This document shows, piece by piece, positions 28,603 to 38,918 of a stretch of 64,000 nt of DNA; position 1 is the first letter of the stretch; each line of letters begins with the position of its first letter. The position numbers were made by a program, and so were the translations under genes. The notes beneath the pieces were generated by a model. It saw only the letters and a program-made list of their open reading frames with translations. It did not search any database and was not told where the DNA came from. This DNA is from a virus. Its lineage: Duplodnaviria > Caudoviricetes. The stretch is from positions 38,258 to 102,257 of the IMG/VR virus record IMGVR_UViG_3300020112_002303; one strand, written 5' to 3'.

Positions 28603-29408
28603 ATGGATTGAATGTAGTGAATCGTTGTAATCATCATTGTCTGACGACGAAGGTCGTGGACGAAAGCATTGAAATATATCCCGTTGATAGTTATGATTAT
28701 AGTAAAAATCCCGATGTTTTCAATATGCATATTCCGAACGATTATAAAATAAAAAAAATAAATAAAGTATATCTTTTCGGAAACGGCAAATATTCAGCAT
28801 CCCTCGTTGAGGGTGTTGATTATTCTGTGTCGCTTGAAGAAAATACTATATATATTCCTAAAAGTAAATTGTTAGAAGAAATTTGGGAAGATGTTTCGTC
28901 CGGCGAATATATTGTTCCGAAAATATTTATAGTAAAAGGTTTCTTTATTCATTCTGAGATTGAGGATTATTCTTTGAATCCGATAAACTGCCCGAGATGT
29001 GCAGGGTACGGATGGTATGTAGATATATTTGCAGAAAACAATTCCGGAGAAAGAAATGTTATATGTTCCGGGGAACAAAAATTAATCGGAGATGTAATTA
29101 AAATATTATTTACAGAAGACAATGGCGAGGATTATGGATGCACATTAAAAAACATACCCGGAAAAGCGTATGGTTCTGTAGTTGATTTCAAAAAAGATTT
29201 ATCTGATGCTATATATATGGCAGAACAACGCTTGATAAAATTACAACAACAGTTTATAATTAACGGTGGAAGTATTCCTGATGACGAAAGACTTAGTTCT
29301 ATTGAAATAGATAAAGTTCAAGTTGACAATACAAAAACCGTTTATTCTATAGATATAAGTATAGTCACCACTGCAGAAATAACGTATAAAACTCAAATAA
29401 ATTTGTAA
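28599..29408 (+). CDS. Baseplate wedge protein with gp25-like C-terminus
   Basis: CPRCAGYGW, KLIGDVIKILFTE...YGCTL, DERLSSIEIDKV..IDISIVT; precedes the baseplate J-like gene. Confidence 0.6.
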   Translation: MNGLNVVNRCNHHCLTTKVVDESIEIYPVDSYDYSKNPDVFNMHIPNDYKIKKINKVYLFGNGKYSASLVEGVDYSVSLEENTIYIPKSKLLEEIWEDVSSGEYIVPKIFIVKGFFIHSEIEDYSLNPINCPRCAGYGWYVDIFAENNSGERNVICSGEQKLIGDVIKILFTEDNGEDYGCTLKNIPGKAYGSVVDFKKDLSDAIYMAEQRLIKLQQQFIINGGSIPDDERLSSIEIDKVQVDNTKTVYSIDISIVTTAEITYKTQINL

Positions 29409-29424
29409 TAGGAGGAATTTTTAT

Positions 29425-32280
29425 ATGGCATATTCAATGGATTTATCAGACTCCGAAAGCAATATAAAATCACAAATACACGAAGCCTTTAATGAATATT
29501 TTCCTGAAATTGATATAACCGAAAATTCCGCATATGATGATTTAATCGTATCTCCGGTAGCAAAACTTCTAAATAACACTTACGCAAAAATAAACACAAT
29601 GGGTAGCGTAAAATCTATTGATGAGTTAGTTGATTTAGAGCCGGAAGAACTCGATGAATACATCGAAGGTAATTATTTTCTCACTCGAATAAGAGGAAAC
29701 AAGGCAAGCACAATATTAACGCTTTCTTTTACCGGTCTCGAAATCGCAAACAGAAATAGCGATTTAGTTATTCCGGCAGGTATAATTTTCGCAAATACAA
29801 ACGGATATCAGTATCAAACAACGAACAAGACTGTTATTTATAAGGATCAAATTTACAGGTACCTCAATAAAGACACTTCAAAATACGATATTGATGTTTA
29901 TGTTGAAGCATTGCTCACAGGAAAAGAATTTAATACCGATTACAACACTATCACTGTAGTTCAAACAAAGTTTAACTATAATCTTGTCTATGTAAAGAAT
30001 TTGTCAGCTGTAACGAATGGTTCTTCGACCGAAACAAATCAGGAATATATAAACAGAACAAAGCGTTTTTATTATACGAGAACTCTTAATACCCCGGAAG
30101 GATATAAGGATTTAGCTTTGCTCTCCGACCCCAACATAAAGGATGTTACTGTTCAGGGTTACGGCGATAAATATATGACAAGAGATATTATTCCGTTAAA
30201 TGTAACGGGTGTGACTACCTACGAAACATCAGAAATAATCGTAACAAAGGATGCTAACCTTATACCCAAAAAAGCAAGAATTTATGCCGCACCAGGTGTT
30301 CTTTCTTCGAGCAATCTGACTAAAAAAGATGGGTATTATCATGTTTTTATTATCGGAAACGAAGTTATTGATTATAAATTTAGTGGCACCGGTAAATTTG
30401 GTACCGAATCCGGAAAAAGTTATTTAGAGATTCCGTTACAAGATGCGGATGGAACAACGGCAAATCCCGCATTGCATTATGACGGTACATGGAAAAAAGC
30501 AATTTTCTCCACCGATTCAGATAAACATTTTATTCACTTGGGTGGAAAAATTGATATCGGTATTCGTGGAGGAGTTTCAAGTTTACATGAAACGACTGTT
30601 CCTTATCATTCTCCATTCCTTGTATATCCTAAAAAGACCGGAGTTTCCGGAACAGTTTCTATCAAATACTTACAGAACGGTACATATGTAACCCTTCCAG
30701 GAGCAACCGCTACAATAATTCAAGCCGGCACAGCAAGTCGACCGTCAGTATTTAACGGCGACCTGTTTGTCGGAGACTATCTTGTAGATTTATCATTAGC
30801 GTCTCATGTAACTAATTCGTCAACAACTGTATCAGGAGGATCGGTATCCGTTGACGGCGAAGATTTTTCAGAAGCCGTAGACAAAATAATAGGCACATAT
30901 ATCTACACTTATGATGGAACTAATTGGAAGGATAGTGGCGCCGAAACAATCTCATTGGAAGATTACGGAATTACTTTAACAGGAACTCCGTCTGAAAACG
31001 ATACAATTACCGTAATTTTATTGTCGTTGCTATCGCTTATTCCGACAAATGTTGAAAATCAAATAAAAGTAAGTCAGACGAATAATAATGATGTTTATTA
31101 TACTATTCGCAATTCTTCTGCGCTATTAGATATCCCTATGACCGATCACGCCCTAACATCACTTTATTCTGATGTTGCAGGAGAACTTCTTTCCGGTCTT
31201 ACTATTGGAACCGACTACAGTTTAAGTATTTCGGGTGAAAAGGATACAAGCAATGAAGTTGTGACACTAAATATCTATAATGCCTCAACGAATAAAATTA
31301 AAATACCAAACACCGGCTCTTTATCGCAAGTATATGTTGACGGTTCTTATGATTTGATTGCTAAATACAAAGTTTTTGATGGCATATCATCACTTGCAAC
31401 CGTAGTAAATATTAATGAAGCAAGGAATGTTTGCGCAGATGTTATGATTATTCCTTGTAAGAAAGCAAACATCATATTAAAGATTGGCGTTAGAGCAAAC
31501 GAGAGATCTGCTAAATACAAATCTTTAATTAAAGATAATATCCGCAAATCAGTTCTTAATTATTTTAATGAGTACGAATTGGGTACAGGTTTAGATTACT
31601 CGAGTTTAGTCGGCTATTTGTATGCAGATGGTGATGTTTATCCGTATGTATCGTATATTAGCACTAATTTTAACGGAAATTCCGTTAACAGGTATTATAT
31701 CACAAAGAATAGTCAGGGTGGTGTATTTGAAACTTATGCAGAATTATCCGTCGCCACAACATTTTATTATGCCGGAATGCAAAGAACACCCGTTAATAAT
31801 GATTACTGTATGGTTAGGGCTGATGAAAGCAAATCGATATATACAGCACATACAGGATACGCCTCGTTTACGTCAACAAGTCAGTATGTTGGGTATTATG
31901 TTTCAACCGGTACAAATGTTTATACTTTAGTTACATTGATAAATAAGGATTCGTTAAGTATTACAGCGGGAACCACTATAGCTTATGATAGGGCTGACCC
32001 AACTACGAAATATGTTTTCAACGGAACTTACGGTCAGCAGGGTGCCGGTTGGCAATATTCAAATATTGTTAGTAATATCAGTTTAACAGATAGTCAATTA
32101 GACTCTTTGAATGGTAGTGTTAATGCGAGAAAATATTATATTTATGACGCAGATAGCATCAACTATATTCGTCCGGAAAAAGATAGTGATGGCGTTCCTG
32201 CAAATACAGGATCTTTGCCAATCTACGATAACGAATATCCTGTTCTTAATGAAGATAATTTTGACGTTATATTCGAATAA
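29425..32280 (+). CDS. Baseplate J / gp6-like wedge protein
   Basis: RIRGNKAST.LT, VIPAGIIF, VEALLTGKEFN, AVTNGSSTETNQEYINR, GGKIDI. Confidence 0.8.
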   Translation: MAYSMDLSDSESNIKSQIHEAFNEYFPEIDITENSAYDDLIVSPVAKLLNNTYAKINTMGSVKSIDELVDLEPEELDEYIEGNYFLTRIRGNKASTILTLSFTGLEIANRNSDLVIPAGIIFANTNGYQYQTTNKTVIYKDQIYRYLNKDTSKYDIDVYVEALLTGKEFNTDYNTITVVQTKFNYNLVYVKNLSAVTNGSSTETNQEYINRTKRFYYTRTLNTPEGYKDLALLSDPNIKDVTVQGYGDKYMTRDIIPLNVTGVTTYETSEIIVTKDANLIPKKARIYAAPGVLSSSNLTKKDGYYHVFIIGNEVIDYKFSGTGKFGTESGKSYLEIPLQDADGTTANPALHYDGTWKKAIFSTDSDKHFIHLGGKIDIGIRGGVSSLHETTVPYHSPFLVYPKKTGVSGTVSIKYLQNGTYVTLPGATATIIQAGTASRPSVFNGDLFVGDYLVDLSLASHVTNSSTTVSGGSVSVDGEDFSEAVDKIIGTYIYTYDGTNWKDSGAETISLEDYGITLTGTPSENDTITVILLSLLSLIPTNVENQIKVSQTNNNDVYYTIRNSSALLDIPMTDHALTSLYSDVAGELLSGLTIGTDYSLSISGEKDTSNEVVTLNIYNASTNKIKIPNTGSLSQVYVDGSYDLIAKYKVFDGISSLATVVNINEARNVCADVMIIPCKKANIILKIGVRANERSAKYKSLIKDNIRKSVLNYFNEYELGTGLDYSSLVGYLYADGDVYPYVSYISTNFNGNSVNRYYITKNSQGGVFETYAELSVATTFYYAGMQRTPVNNDYCMVRADESKSIYTAHTGYASFTSTSQYVGYYVSTGTNVYTLVTLINKDSLSITAGTTIAYDRADPTTKYVFNGTYGQQGAGWQYSNIVSNISLTDSQLDSLNGSVNARKYYIYDADSINYIRPEKDSDGVPANTGSLPIYDNEYPVLNEDNFDVIFE

Positions 32281-32282
32281 TC

Positions 32283-33653
32283 TTGATGGGAGATGATTTT
32301 TTGAACAATAATAATTTTTACGAAAATTACGCTATTGATAAAATAAAGCTCGAACGAGTTCAAAAAATCTTCGATCGTCTCGAAGATAATTTGGATAAAA
32401 AAATAGATGAGGCGAAATCTATTCTTACATTGTCCAGTATAAATGCGTTCGAGGAAATTCCTGTCAGAGAAATAAAAACAGAGAATATTGCATATAATAT
32501 ATCTGATTTTGTTTTAACGAGTATCTTTAAGAGTTGTATCGAAAAAATTAAAGGTACAACATATGCCACAAAAGAGCAGTTAATCGCCGCATGGAAAACT
32601 TTGGACTGGAGACAAAAGATAACTATTCTTAATGAATTAGATTTGTTTGTTAATGTTGAATTCGGAGAAAATATACATCCGACAATAATAAACTTAAGAA
32701 TTGTCTCAAGTAATGGTCATATTCTAAAAAGAAATATTGACTATGCTTTTTATGAGAACAAGATATTTTTTCTTGACTCTCCTACTAATCCTATGTATAA
32801 AGAGAAAGTTCTTTATATAAAAGATATTTCCATTGATATTGATAAAAGCGAAAAATTTCTCAGGCAATTTATGCCGATGGAATATATTGATACTTATTCT
32901 CGTCCGCAGTATAATAAGATAATGAAGGCGTTTATTAAAAACGCTATTCGTGGAGCCCAAATAAACGAAATTAACGAAATGCTTATTTCATTTGAGCCCG
33001 AGAAAAACGAAGACGAGAGATTTGTTAGAGTTATAGATTTTTACAACGCATCAGACGAGGAAAAAAGAACATATTGGTTTCATAGCGATGACCAAACGAA
33101 ATGGGAACCTGTTACTGGGAAGAAGACCCCGTTTGATGCTGTCATCGAATTGCCTGCTGATTATCTATACGATCTCTATACTGACATCGACGAGATTGAT
33201 AGATTGACTTATTTAAGTAAATTTATTTCTCTCATTAGACCCGCGCATACTCAAATAACACCTGTTGTGTTGTACAAAATTATTGACAGTATCGATCTTG
33301 CTAAAAAAGATTTGGTTAAACTTGAATATTGTGCGGGCGCCAACGACGATGCTCTTGTTTATGATAGTAAACAAGAGGGTGGCAGTTGGAAAAATTCCAT
33401 AAAAATAGAAATGGATGTTAGCCCTAAGGAAAATCTTGATAATGGCGATTACAAAATTGCACGATTTTTTGACCGCTCAAGAACTGATAGTGAACATGAA
33501 AAAATGTCTACTCGTTTCGGGGCAGGAAAAATATTTGATTCATACATGACATACGACGAATACGGCGCCGGCGGCATATTATCTGGAATAATATCTTGCT
33601 CAAAGTACTGTATTTGTGAGCATGTAAATATAACATTACAAAAAGGAGAATAA
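32283..33653 (+). CDS. Baseplate wedge protein (gpI/gp7-like)
   Basis: Follows the J-like gene; ISLIRPAHT motif. Confidence 0.55.
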   Translation: MMGDDFLNNNNFYENYAIDKIKLERVQKIFDRLEDNLDKKIDEAKSILTLSSINAFEEIPVREIKTENIAYNISDFVLTSIFKSCIEKIKGTTYATKEQLIAAWKTLDWRQKITILNELDLFVNVEFGENIHPTIINLRIVSSNGHILKRNIDYAFYENKIFFLDSPTNPMYKEKVLYIKDISIDIDKSEKFLRQFMPMEYIDTYSRPQYNKIMKAFIKNAIRGAQINEINEMLISFEPEKNEDERFVRVIDFYNASDEEKRTYWFHSDDQTKWEPVTGKKTPFDAVIELPADYLYDLYTDIDEIDRLTYLSKFISLIRPAHTQITPVVLYKIIDSIDLAKKDLVKLEYCAGANDDALVYDSKQEGGSWKNSIKIEMDVSPKENLDNGDYKIARFFDRSRTDSEHEKMSTRFGAGKIFDSYMTYDEYGAGGILSGIISCSKYCICEHVNITLQKGE

Positions 33654-33660
33654 AAAATCT

Positions 33661-34155
33661 ATGTTTAAATCAGAACTTATGCCGAAGGGCGCCGTGACTA
33701 TAGAAGTATTAAAGGACGGCAATGTTGTTAAAAAGTTTACCGACCACAACCTTGTCGTTGTTAATGGAAGAAAGCTTATCGCATTAGCTATCGCGGGATT
33801 TAACGATACTTCTAAAATTGAAAAAATGAAAGTTGGCTCAGGTACAGGCGGAACGGCAACGGCACCTGTAGATAGCAATATTGCCCTTGAAGATAGCGCT
33901 CCACTATCTTCAGATATAGGGAGTGCCGATATTTCATATAATCCATCACAAACAGAAGTAACTTTTAAAAAGAACTTTGCATTAACTACAGCTGGCGCAA
34001 CAAAAACTATTTGTGAGGCAGGACTGTTTTATATAATGAGCAATAATGATGTATTATTTTCAAGATACACATTTCCTCCCATGCAAATCTCTGCTAATGA
34101 TAATATCTCAATAAATGTTATTTGGACTATTTCAGTTCCTGCTAAAAATAATTAA
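33661..34155 (+). CDS. Tail fibre attachment / baseplate protein
   Basis: GAVTIEV...HNLVVVNGRKLIA...VGSG..AP...L...ICEAGLF...LFSRYTF...IWTI, typical of tail-fibre N-terminal proteins. Confidence 0.6.
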   Translation: MFKSELMPKGAVTIEVLKDGNVVKKFTDHNLVVVNGRKLIALAIAGFNDTSKIEKMKVGSGTGGTATAPVDSNIALEDSAPLSSDIGSADISYNPSQTEVTFKKNFALTTAGATKTICEAGLFYIMSNNDVLFSRYTFPPMQISANDNISINVIWTISVPAKNN

Positions 34156-34168
34156 GAGGTGAAATGTA

Positions 34169-34708
34169 ATGTCTTATGCCCCTTACAGAAAAAACGGACT
34201 TAATGTTAGTTTTGAAGAAGGTAACGATATTGTCGCTGCTGACTTCAATCATAAAACTCGCGATTTGCTTGCAAGGCGAGAAAAGAAAAACTGGATAGTA
34301 AAATTCTCTGGTAATTTCGATGACATATTGACTTATAATGGCTCCTCACATAGTGTTGTTCTTCAAGGCACAACTACATTTTGTATTGACGGCGCTTATA
34401 TATTCGAAAGAACAAGTAGTACGAGCCAAATCGTTCCAACTACCGGCGGTCCGTTTTATGTGTATCTTTTTTATAATTACAATGATGCAGAAATAGGAAT
34501 TGAAGTTGTAGCAACTCAAAAAACTGGTAGCGATCTTGATTATTGCATTTATCTTGGAACTGTTACAAATTTAGGTGTAATAACACTTGAAACTGACTTA
34601 TGTGTTCCCGGATTTTGCCCTAATGTTGCTATCACTGATGAAAGCCTACTTGAAAGCGCAGCATTCAAGGCAACTCTTCGTCCCGGAGATATTGTTCTCT
34701 TAGTTTAA
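34169..34708 (+). CDS. Putative tail fibre/baseplate accessory protein
   Basis: End of the tail module; FEEG..+.AADFN and FCIDGAYI...YVYL.Y. Confidence 0.4.
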   Translation: MSYAPYRKNGLNVSFEEGNDIVAADFNHKTRDLLARREKKNWIVKFSGNFDDILTYNGSSHSVVLQGTTTFCIDGAYIFERTSSTSQIVPTTGGPFYVYLFYNYNDAEIGIEVVATQKTGSDLDYCIYLGTVTNLGVITLETDLCVPGFCPNVAITDESLLESAAFKATLRPGDIVLLV

Positions 34709-34778
34709 TAAAATATATCACCTCTCAATTGTTTATTTCTTCCAAATGAAGTATAATAATTAAGAGGTGATTATTTTT

Positions 34779-35750
34779 ATGGCTAATTTAGAAAGTCGTA
34801 GTAAGCGCATAATTATCGAAGAAAAATACGAACAACAAATCGACCAACAAAATTCACGCCTTTTAAACAAATATATTATGGATATGGAACTTCGTGAACT
34901 CTCGAAGAGAACTATCTATAATTATCGTTGCGACCTTATTCAATGGATGTCTTACATGGTAAAGGAACAATTTGGTCTTCTTGCAGAAAACGCAACAACT
35001 GACGATATAGAAGAATTTATTTATTTCTGCGTTAAAAGCGGGAATAATGTAAACAGAATAAAAGGAAGACTGTCTGCAATATCTTCTTTTTATAAATACC
35101 TAAAAAAGAAAAGGATAGTTAAAGAGAATCCTGTCGATTTTATAGACCGCCCCAAAAAAGGACTTCCTGTTGTCGTACAGACGTTTTTAACATTAGATCA
35201 ATATAAACACATGGGTGAAGTATTAAAAAGCTGTGGGGACTTGCAATTATATGTTTATATGATGTTTTCAATATCAACTATGGCAAGAGCAACCGCAGTG
35301 TCGTCTATCAGATGGGAACAAATAAACTTTGAAGATAGGACTGTTGATGATGTTCTTGAAAAAGAGGGTTATATAACAACTTTGTTCTTTAGTGAAGAAG
35401 TATCTGATTCGCTTAAAAAACTCAAAGCGGAAAGAGAAGAAAAAGGAATAGATGACGGTGGATATTTGTTTGTCTCAAAAAGAAAAGTCGGCAATATGGT
35501 ACAATATAAGCCCGTAACATCAAACACTCTCGGAAATTGGGCGAAGAAAATTGGCGAAATGTGCGACATACCAACGCTTCATCCGCATGACTTCCGCCAT
35601 TCCGGCTCACAGTTGCTTCATCTTAACGGAATGCCTGTCGAGGATATATCTGAACTGCTTAATCACAAGGGTGTTGACGTAACAATTAAGCATTACTTAA
35701 AGCAAGATAAAAAGCGCACAAAAGAAAATAAAGATAAATTTAGTTTCTGA
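34779..35750 (+). CDS. XerC/D-like tyrosine recombinase
   Basis: SAM-like N-domain (LSKRTIYNY..DL, RLSAISSFYKYL..ENPV), catalytic R (STMARAT), HPHDFRH, LNH..VTIKHY. Start ATG 34779 (RBS GAGGTG). Confidence 0.9.
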   Translation: MANLESRSKRIIIEEKYEQQIDQQNSRLLNKYIMDMELRELSKRTIYNYRCDLIQWMSYMVKEQFGLLAENATTDDIEEFIYFCVKSGNNVNRIKGRLSAISSFYKYLKKKRIVKENPVDFIDRPKKGLPVVVQTFLTLDQYKHMGEVLKSCGDLQLYVYMMFSISTMARATAVSSIRWEQINFEDRTVDDVLEKEGYITTLFFSEEVSDSLKKLKAEREEKGIDDGGYLFVSKRKVGNMVQYKPVTSNTLGNWAKKIGEMCDIPTLHPHDFRHSGSQLLHLNGMPVEDISELLNHKGVDVTIKHYLKQDKKRTKENKDKFSF

Positions 35751-35755
35751 ATTTT

Positions 35756-35864
35756 AAAAATGCAATACAAAAAGTATTGCATTTTTTTTTTTTTTGGTAA
35801 AATAAAAAATATAGACAAGAAAGGAGAGATGATTATGTCTCAATTACTTATGGAAAAGATTGCT
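35756..35864 (+). repeat. Cassette copy 1: palindrome + T14 + GGTAAAAT + RBS + tag-coding sequence
   Basis: AAAAATGCAATAC-AAAAA-GTATTGCATTTTT...GGTAAAAT...AAGGAG...ATGTCTCAATTACTTATGGAAAAG. Confidence 0.85.
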
Positions 35865-36761
35865 GCGTTTCAGACGTTTAAAAACGATATTTCTAATGCC
35901 GGAAACGCTTTTAAAGCCTTTGGTCAGCAAACAAAAGATAATTTTTCTGCGATGCATATGACAAATGATATAGGGCATACTTTATCTAAAGCCAATTTAA
36001 GCGAGAGTCTTAAAAACGCAAAAACCGGCATATCGTCCGCAGTTAAAAATAGTACCGGAACAATCGGTAATGCAATCAAAAGCAATGCTTCGAATGTTAA
36101 AAGTGCTGTTGGAAATTACGCAAAAGTCGGTAAAGGGATAGCAAAAAATACTGCCGGTACTGTTGGAACTACGATTGCGAACGGCGCAAAAACCACAGGA
36201 AATGTTATTAAAAATTTGAGTACCGGATCTAAGGTGGGTCTTGCGCTTGCGGCCGCAGGTACAACGGCTGCGATTATCGGTAATAAAATTAAAAAGAAAA
36301 AAGAAAAAGAAAAGACCGCAGAAACTTTTGACGGAATGCTTGAAAAAATGGCTTTATATGGAATGACGCTTGGCGGCATGCGAAATCAGCCCGACCTTAA
36401 AACTGTCAGCAAAAATGTCGTTAACGATATAAAAAATCCTGCAGAAGGCACACTTGCACGCAAGATAAGAAATACGCCAAACGCAAAAGATGCTCTATCA
36501 AAAGTTAAAGATTATGCTGCACAGGAAAAATCTGCAAGCTTTGCTCCGTTACAACCAGTGCGTAAAAGTGGTTATCAGCGATACCAAGAAAATAGTGATG
36601 CAATAAAAAATATAAAAAATACTATTGCACCGAACGCAAAACCGATATTTGCTCCTGAAGGATCTAAGATGGATAAATTTAGTAAGGCTACGAACAAAAT
36701 ATCTGATGCTCTCAAAAACGTTGGTACTATCAGAGGAAATATGGGTCACGGGATATCATAA
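35835..36761 (+). CDS. Basic Ala/Gly-rich protein with MSQLLMEKIA leader and internal K-x-A sites
   Basis: Start moved to 35835; hydrophobic GLALAAAGTTAAIIG followed by a poly-Lys run; internal EKTA, LEKMA, EKSAS. Confidence 0.7.
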   Translation: MSQLLMEKIAAFQTFKNDISNAGNAFKAFGQQTKDNFSAMHMTNDIGHTLSKANLSESLKNAKTGISSAVKNSTGTIGNAIKSNASNVKSAVGNYAKVGKGIAKNTAGTVGTTIANGAKTTGNVIKNLSTGSKVGLALAAAGTTAAIIGNKIKKKKEKEKTAETFDGMLEKMALYGMTLGGMRNQPDLKTVSKNVVNDIKNPAEGTLARKIRNTPNAKDALSKVKDYAAQEKSASFAPLQPVRKSGYQRYQENSDAIKNIKNTIAPNAKPIFAPEGSKMDKFSKATNKISDALKNVGTIRGNMGHGIS

Positions 36762-36794
36762 TATTTTAATTTTGACATAAAAACTCTTTAATTT

Positions 36795-36908
36795 AAAAAT
36801 GCAATACAAAAAGTATTGCATTTTTTTTTTTTTTTGGTAAAATATAATTGTCAAATAAAAATAAAGGAGGACATTTACATGTCTAATTTGCTTATGGAAA
36901 AAGTAGCA
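36795..36908 (+). repeat. Cassette copy 2: palindrome + T15 + GGTAAAATATAAT + RBS + tag
   Basis: Near-identical to copy 3 over about 110 bp. Confidence 0.85.
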
Positions 36909-37256
36909 AGACGAAAGAAGCCTAAAATGTCTGAAAAAGAAGTTGATGAAGTCCTGAATCTTATTCAAACAAAAGAGGGCAAAAAGGCCGCAATAAAGCA
37001 ACTTACAAGAAAACACGCTATAATTGGAGCAGTGGCCGGTGCCGCAGGTGGTGCGTCCAGCAGAACTTTTCGACATGGAAACAATATAAAGAATAGTCTT
37101 ATAGGAGCTGCAATAGGCGCACCAACGGGAGCATTAATGGGAGCTGCAGATGGCGCTCTAATAGGGCACATAGCTACAAGAATAGCCGATAAAAAACTTA
37201 AAAACCCGAAATTGGAGAAAAAGATCAAAGAAAGACTTTATGAAGAGTACAAATAA
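36879..37256 (+). CDS. Glycine-zipper protein with MSNLLMEKVA leader
   Basis: Start 36879 (RBS AAGGAGG); IIGAVAGAAGG and LIGAAIGAPTGALMGAADGALIG. Confidence 0.7.
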   Translation: MSNLLMEKVARRKKPKMSEKEVDEVLNLIQTKEGKKAAIKQLTRKHAIIGAVAGAAGGASSRTFRHGNNIKNSLIGAAIGAPTGALMGAADGALIGHIATRIADKKLKNPKLEKKIKERLYEEYK

Positions 37257-37357
37257 AAGTTTTAAAAATAATTTTTTAATTAAAACTTTAATTTTAATAA
37301 ACTTTGTGGTATTATAATACTGCAAAGTTTATTTTTTATCTCGAAAGAGGGTTTTAT

Positions 37358-38200
37358 ATGCAGAATTTTGAGAAAATTGCTACTCGGTCTTGGAAGAAAA
37401 ACTATGGAAGTTTATCCGAGAGCACGAAGCAAAAATTAGTCGATACAGGCATTCTTAATAGGCGCAGAGAGATTGATGGATTAAACAAAGGGTCTTATAA
37501 TATTGTAAAGAAACTTGGCGGAACTGTCGACTCTTCTAAAGATCATAGGCTAATTCAAAAGCTTGTCGCAAATGATAATGCAGGTAAAGTAACAGCGAAT
37601 TATGCCAAATCTTACACTAAATCTCATGCTGATTCGATGCACGGATTTTTAACTCATAATACCGGTAAAGTTGTATCTCGTGGAGATATAATGCAAAAAG
37701 TACCGTTAAAATCAAAAATTTACAATGTATATTCTGATACAAAAGAGAGAAAAAAGCATGGTGAAAATATCTTGAGCGCTGCGAAAAAATCTGTCAAAAG
37801 CGAAAAATCTCTCAAAAAACAATTTGATATAATTAAAGATTCTCTTAAAACCAAGACTGATCGTGACCATGCAAACGCAGTTATGTTTAGACACGAAGCA
37901 GATGAGCTGAGAGAAGGAATGAAACATCTTAAAGGCGGAAAACATACTGCTAAAAATATTTCTCTTTCTTCTCATAATGGTCCCGGGGTTCTTCAAAGAG
38001 AATCTGCTAATGTTGCTTTGATGAATCCAAGAATGAGAAGCGCATTTCAAAGACAACGAAAAAATGTTGGCGACCTAAAACTCATGAATAAAGTGGCACC
38101 GGGTTTTAAATATGGCGAAAACGCCACAATTAACAAAAAAGAAATGACTAATGCCGCAAAACGAAATGTTTTGCGAAATAAGGCGAAAGGCGGAAAATAA
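37358..38200 (+). CDS. Basic protein with MQNFEKIA leader and RHEADE...H..P...RESANVA motif
   Basis: Start moved to 37358; paralogue of 40725..41479. Confidence 0.7.
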   Translation: MQNFEKIATRSWKKNYGSLSESTKQKLVDTGILNRRREIDGLNKGSYNIVKKLGGTVDSSKDHRLIQKLVANDNAGKVTANYAKSYTKSHADSMHGFLTHNTGKVVSRGDIMQKVPLKSKIYNVYSDTKERKKHGENILSAAKKSVKSEKSLKKQFDIIKDSLKTKTDRDHANAVMFRHEADELREGMKHLKGGKHTAKNISLSSHNGPGVLQRESANVALMNPRMRSAFQRQRKNVGDLKLMNKVAPGFKYGENATINKKEMTNAAKRNVLRNKAKGGK

Positions 38201-38201
38201 T

Positions 38202-38906
38202 ATGTCTCAATTGCTTATGGAAAAGATTGCGAAAATTGAAACAGCAAAAAAGTTGGATAGCAGAAATAAAAAAACATTATCCAAATTAAAAGAAATGGCC
38301 GTTCGTGGAGTAAAAGATTATAATGATTTTAATACAGAAAGAATGGAACGGGTGTTTGGTAAAATGCCTTTAAGTAAAAAGGGAGGGTACAATATGTCGC
38401 AATTACTTATGGAAAAAGTTGCTACATTACTGGATTCTCCGATATGGAATCTTCGTAGACGCTTATATCAAAACCGCGACGGATCATTAACTGATATCGG
38501 AAAGAAAAAGTATTTAGATGGTGATGGTCGGATGAGACCCAACAAAACAATAAATCATTCCGATTATATGCATAATAGAACATTACAAATAATTGGAAAA
38601 CAAGAATTACCCCAAGACAAAAAATACAAATTAACAAAAAACCAGAAGAGGTACATGGATGAAAACGGAAATTTAACACTTAAGGGTGCAAGGGCGACGT
38701 TGCCTCTTGGTTGGGATTTAAGTAAGTATAGAGAGGGTGCATCAAAGGAGATTGATAACTGTTCTAATGCTTGGAAAAAATATACACAAGATGGAAGTAA
38801 CGAAAGCTTATTTGCATATTTGGAAGCACAAACCGATATGAATGCAAAATTGCATGAAATAGATGCTGAAAATGGCAGACGAATGATTCTAAAAAATATA
38901 AAATAA
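38202..38906 (+). CDS. Protein with two in-frame leaders (MSQLLMEKIA at 38202, MSQLLMEKVA at 38394)
   Basis: The second ATG has its own TTTGGTAAAAT element and GGGAGG RBS; the cargo contains YQNRDGSLTDIGKKKY. Confidence 0.7.
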   Translation: MSQLLMEKIAKIETAKKLDSRNKKTLSKLKEMAVRGVKDYNDFNTERMERVFGKMPLSKKGGYNMSQLLMEKVATLLDSPIWNLRRRLYQNRDGSLTDIGKKKYLDGDGRMRPNKTINHSDYMHNRTLQIIGKQELPQDKKYKLTKNQKRYMDENGNLTLKGARATLPLGWDLSKYREGASKEIDNCSNAWKKYTQDGSNESLFAYLEAQTDMNAKLHEIDAENGRRMILKNIK

Positions 38907-38918
38907 GGAGAAATAATT

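Noticed and set aside
34779-35750. Prophage integrase marking an att boundary, or a classical integron integrase
   Set aside because: Phage genes continue on both sides with no host DNA, and I could not see the IntI-specific insertion or GTTRRRY-type attC cores.
35760-35834. N-terminal extensions in the ORF track (35760, 36816, 37304, 38151, 25846, 26729)
   Set aside because: They translate promoter or poly-T DNA; RBS positions support the downstream starts, which expose the shared leader or follow the promoter motif.
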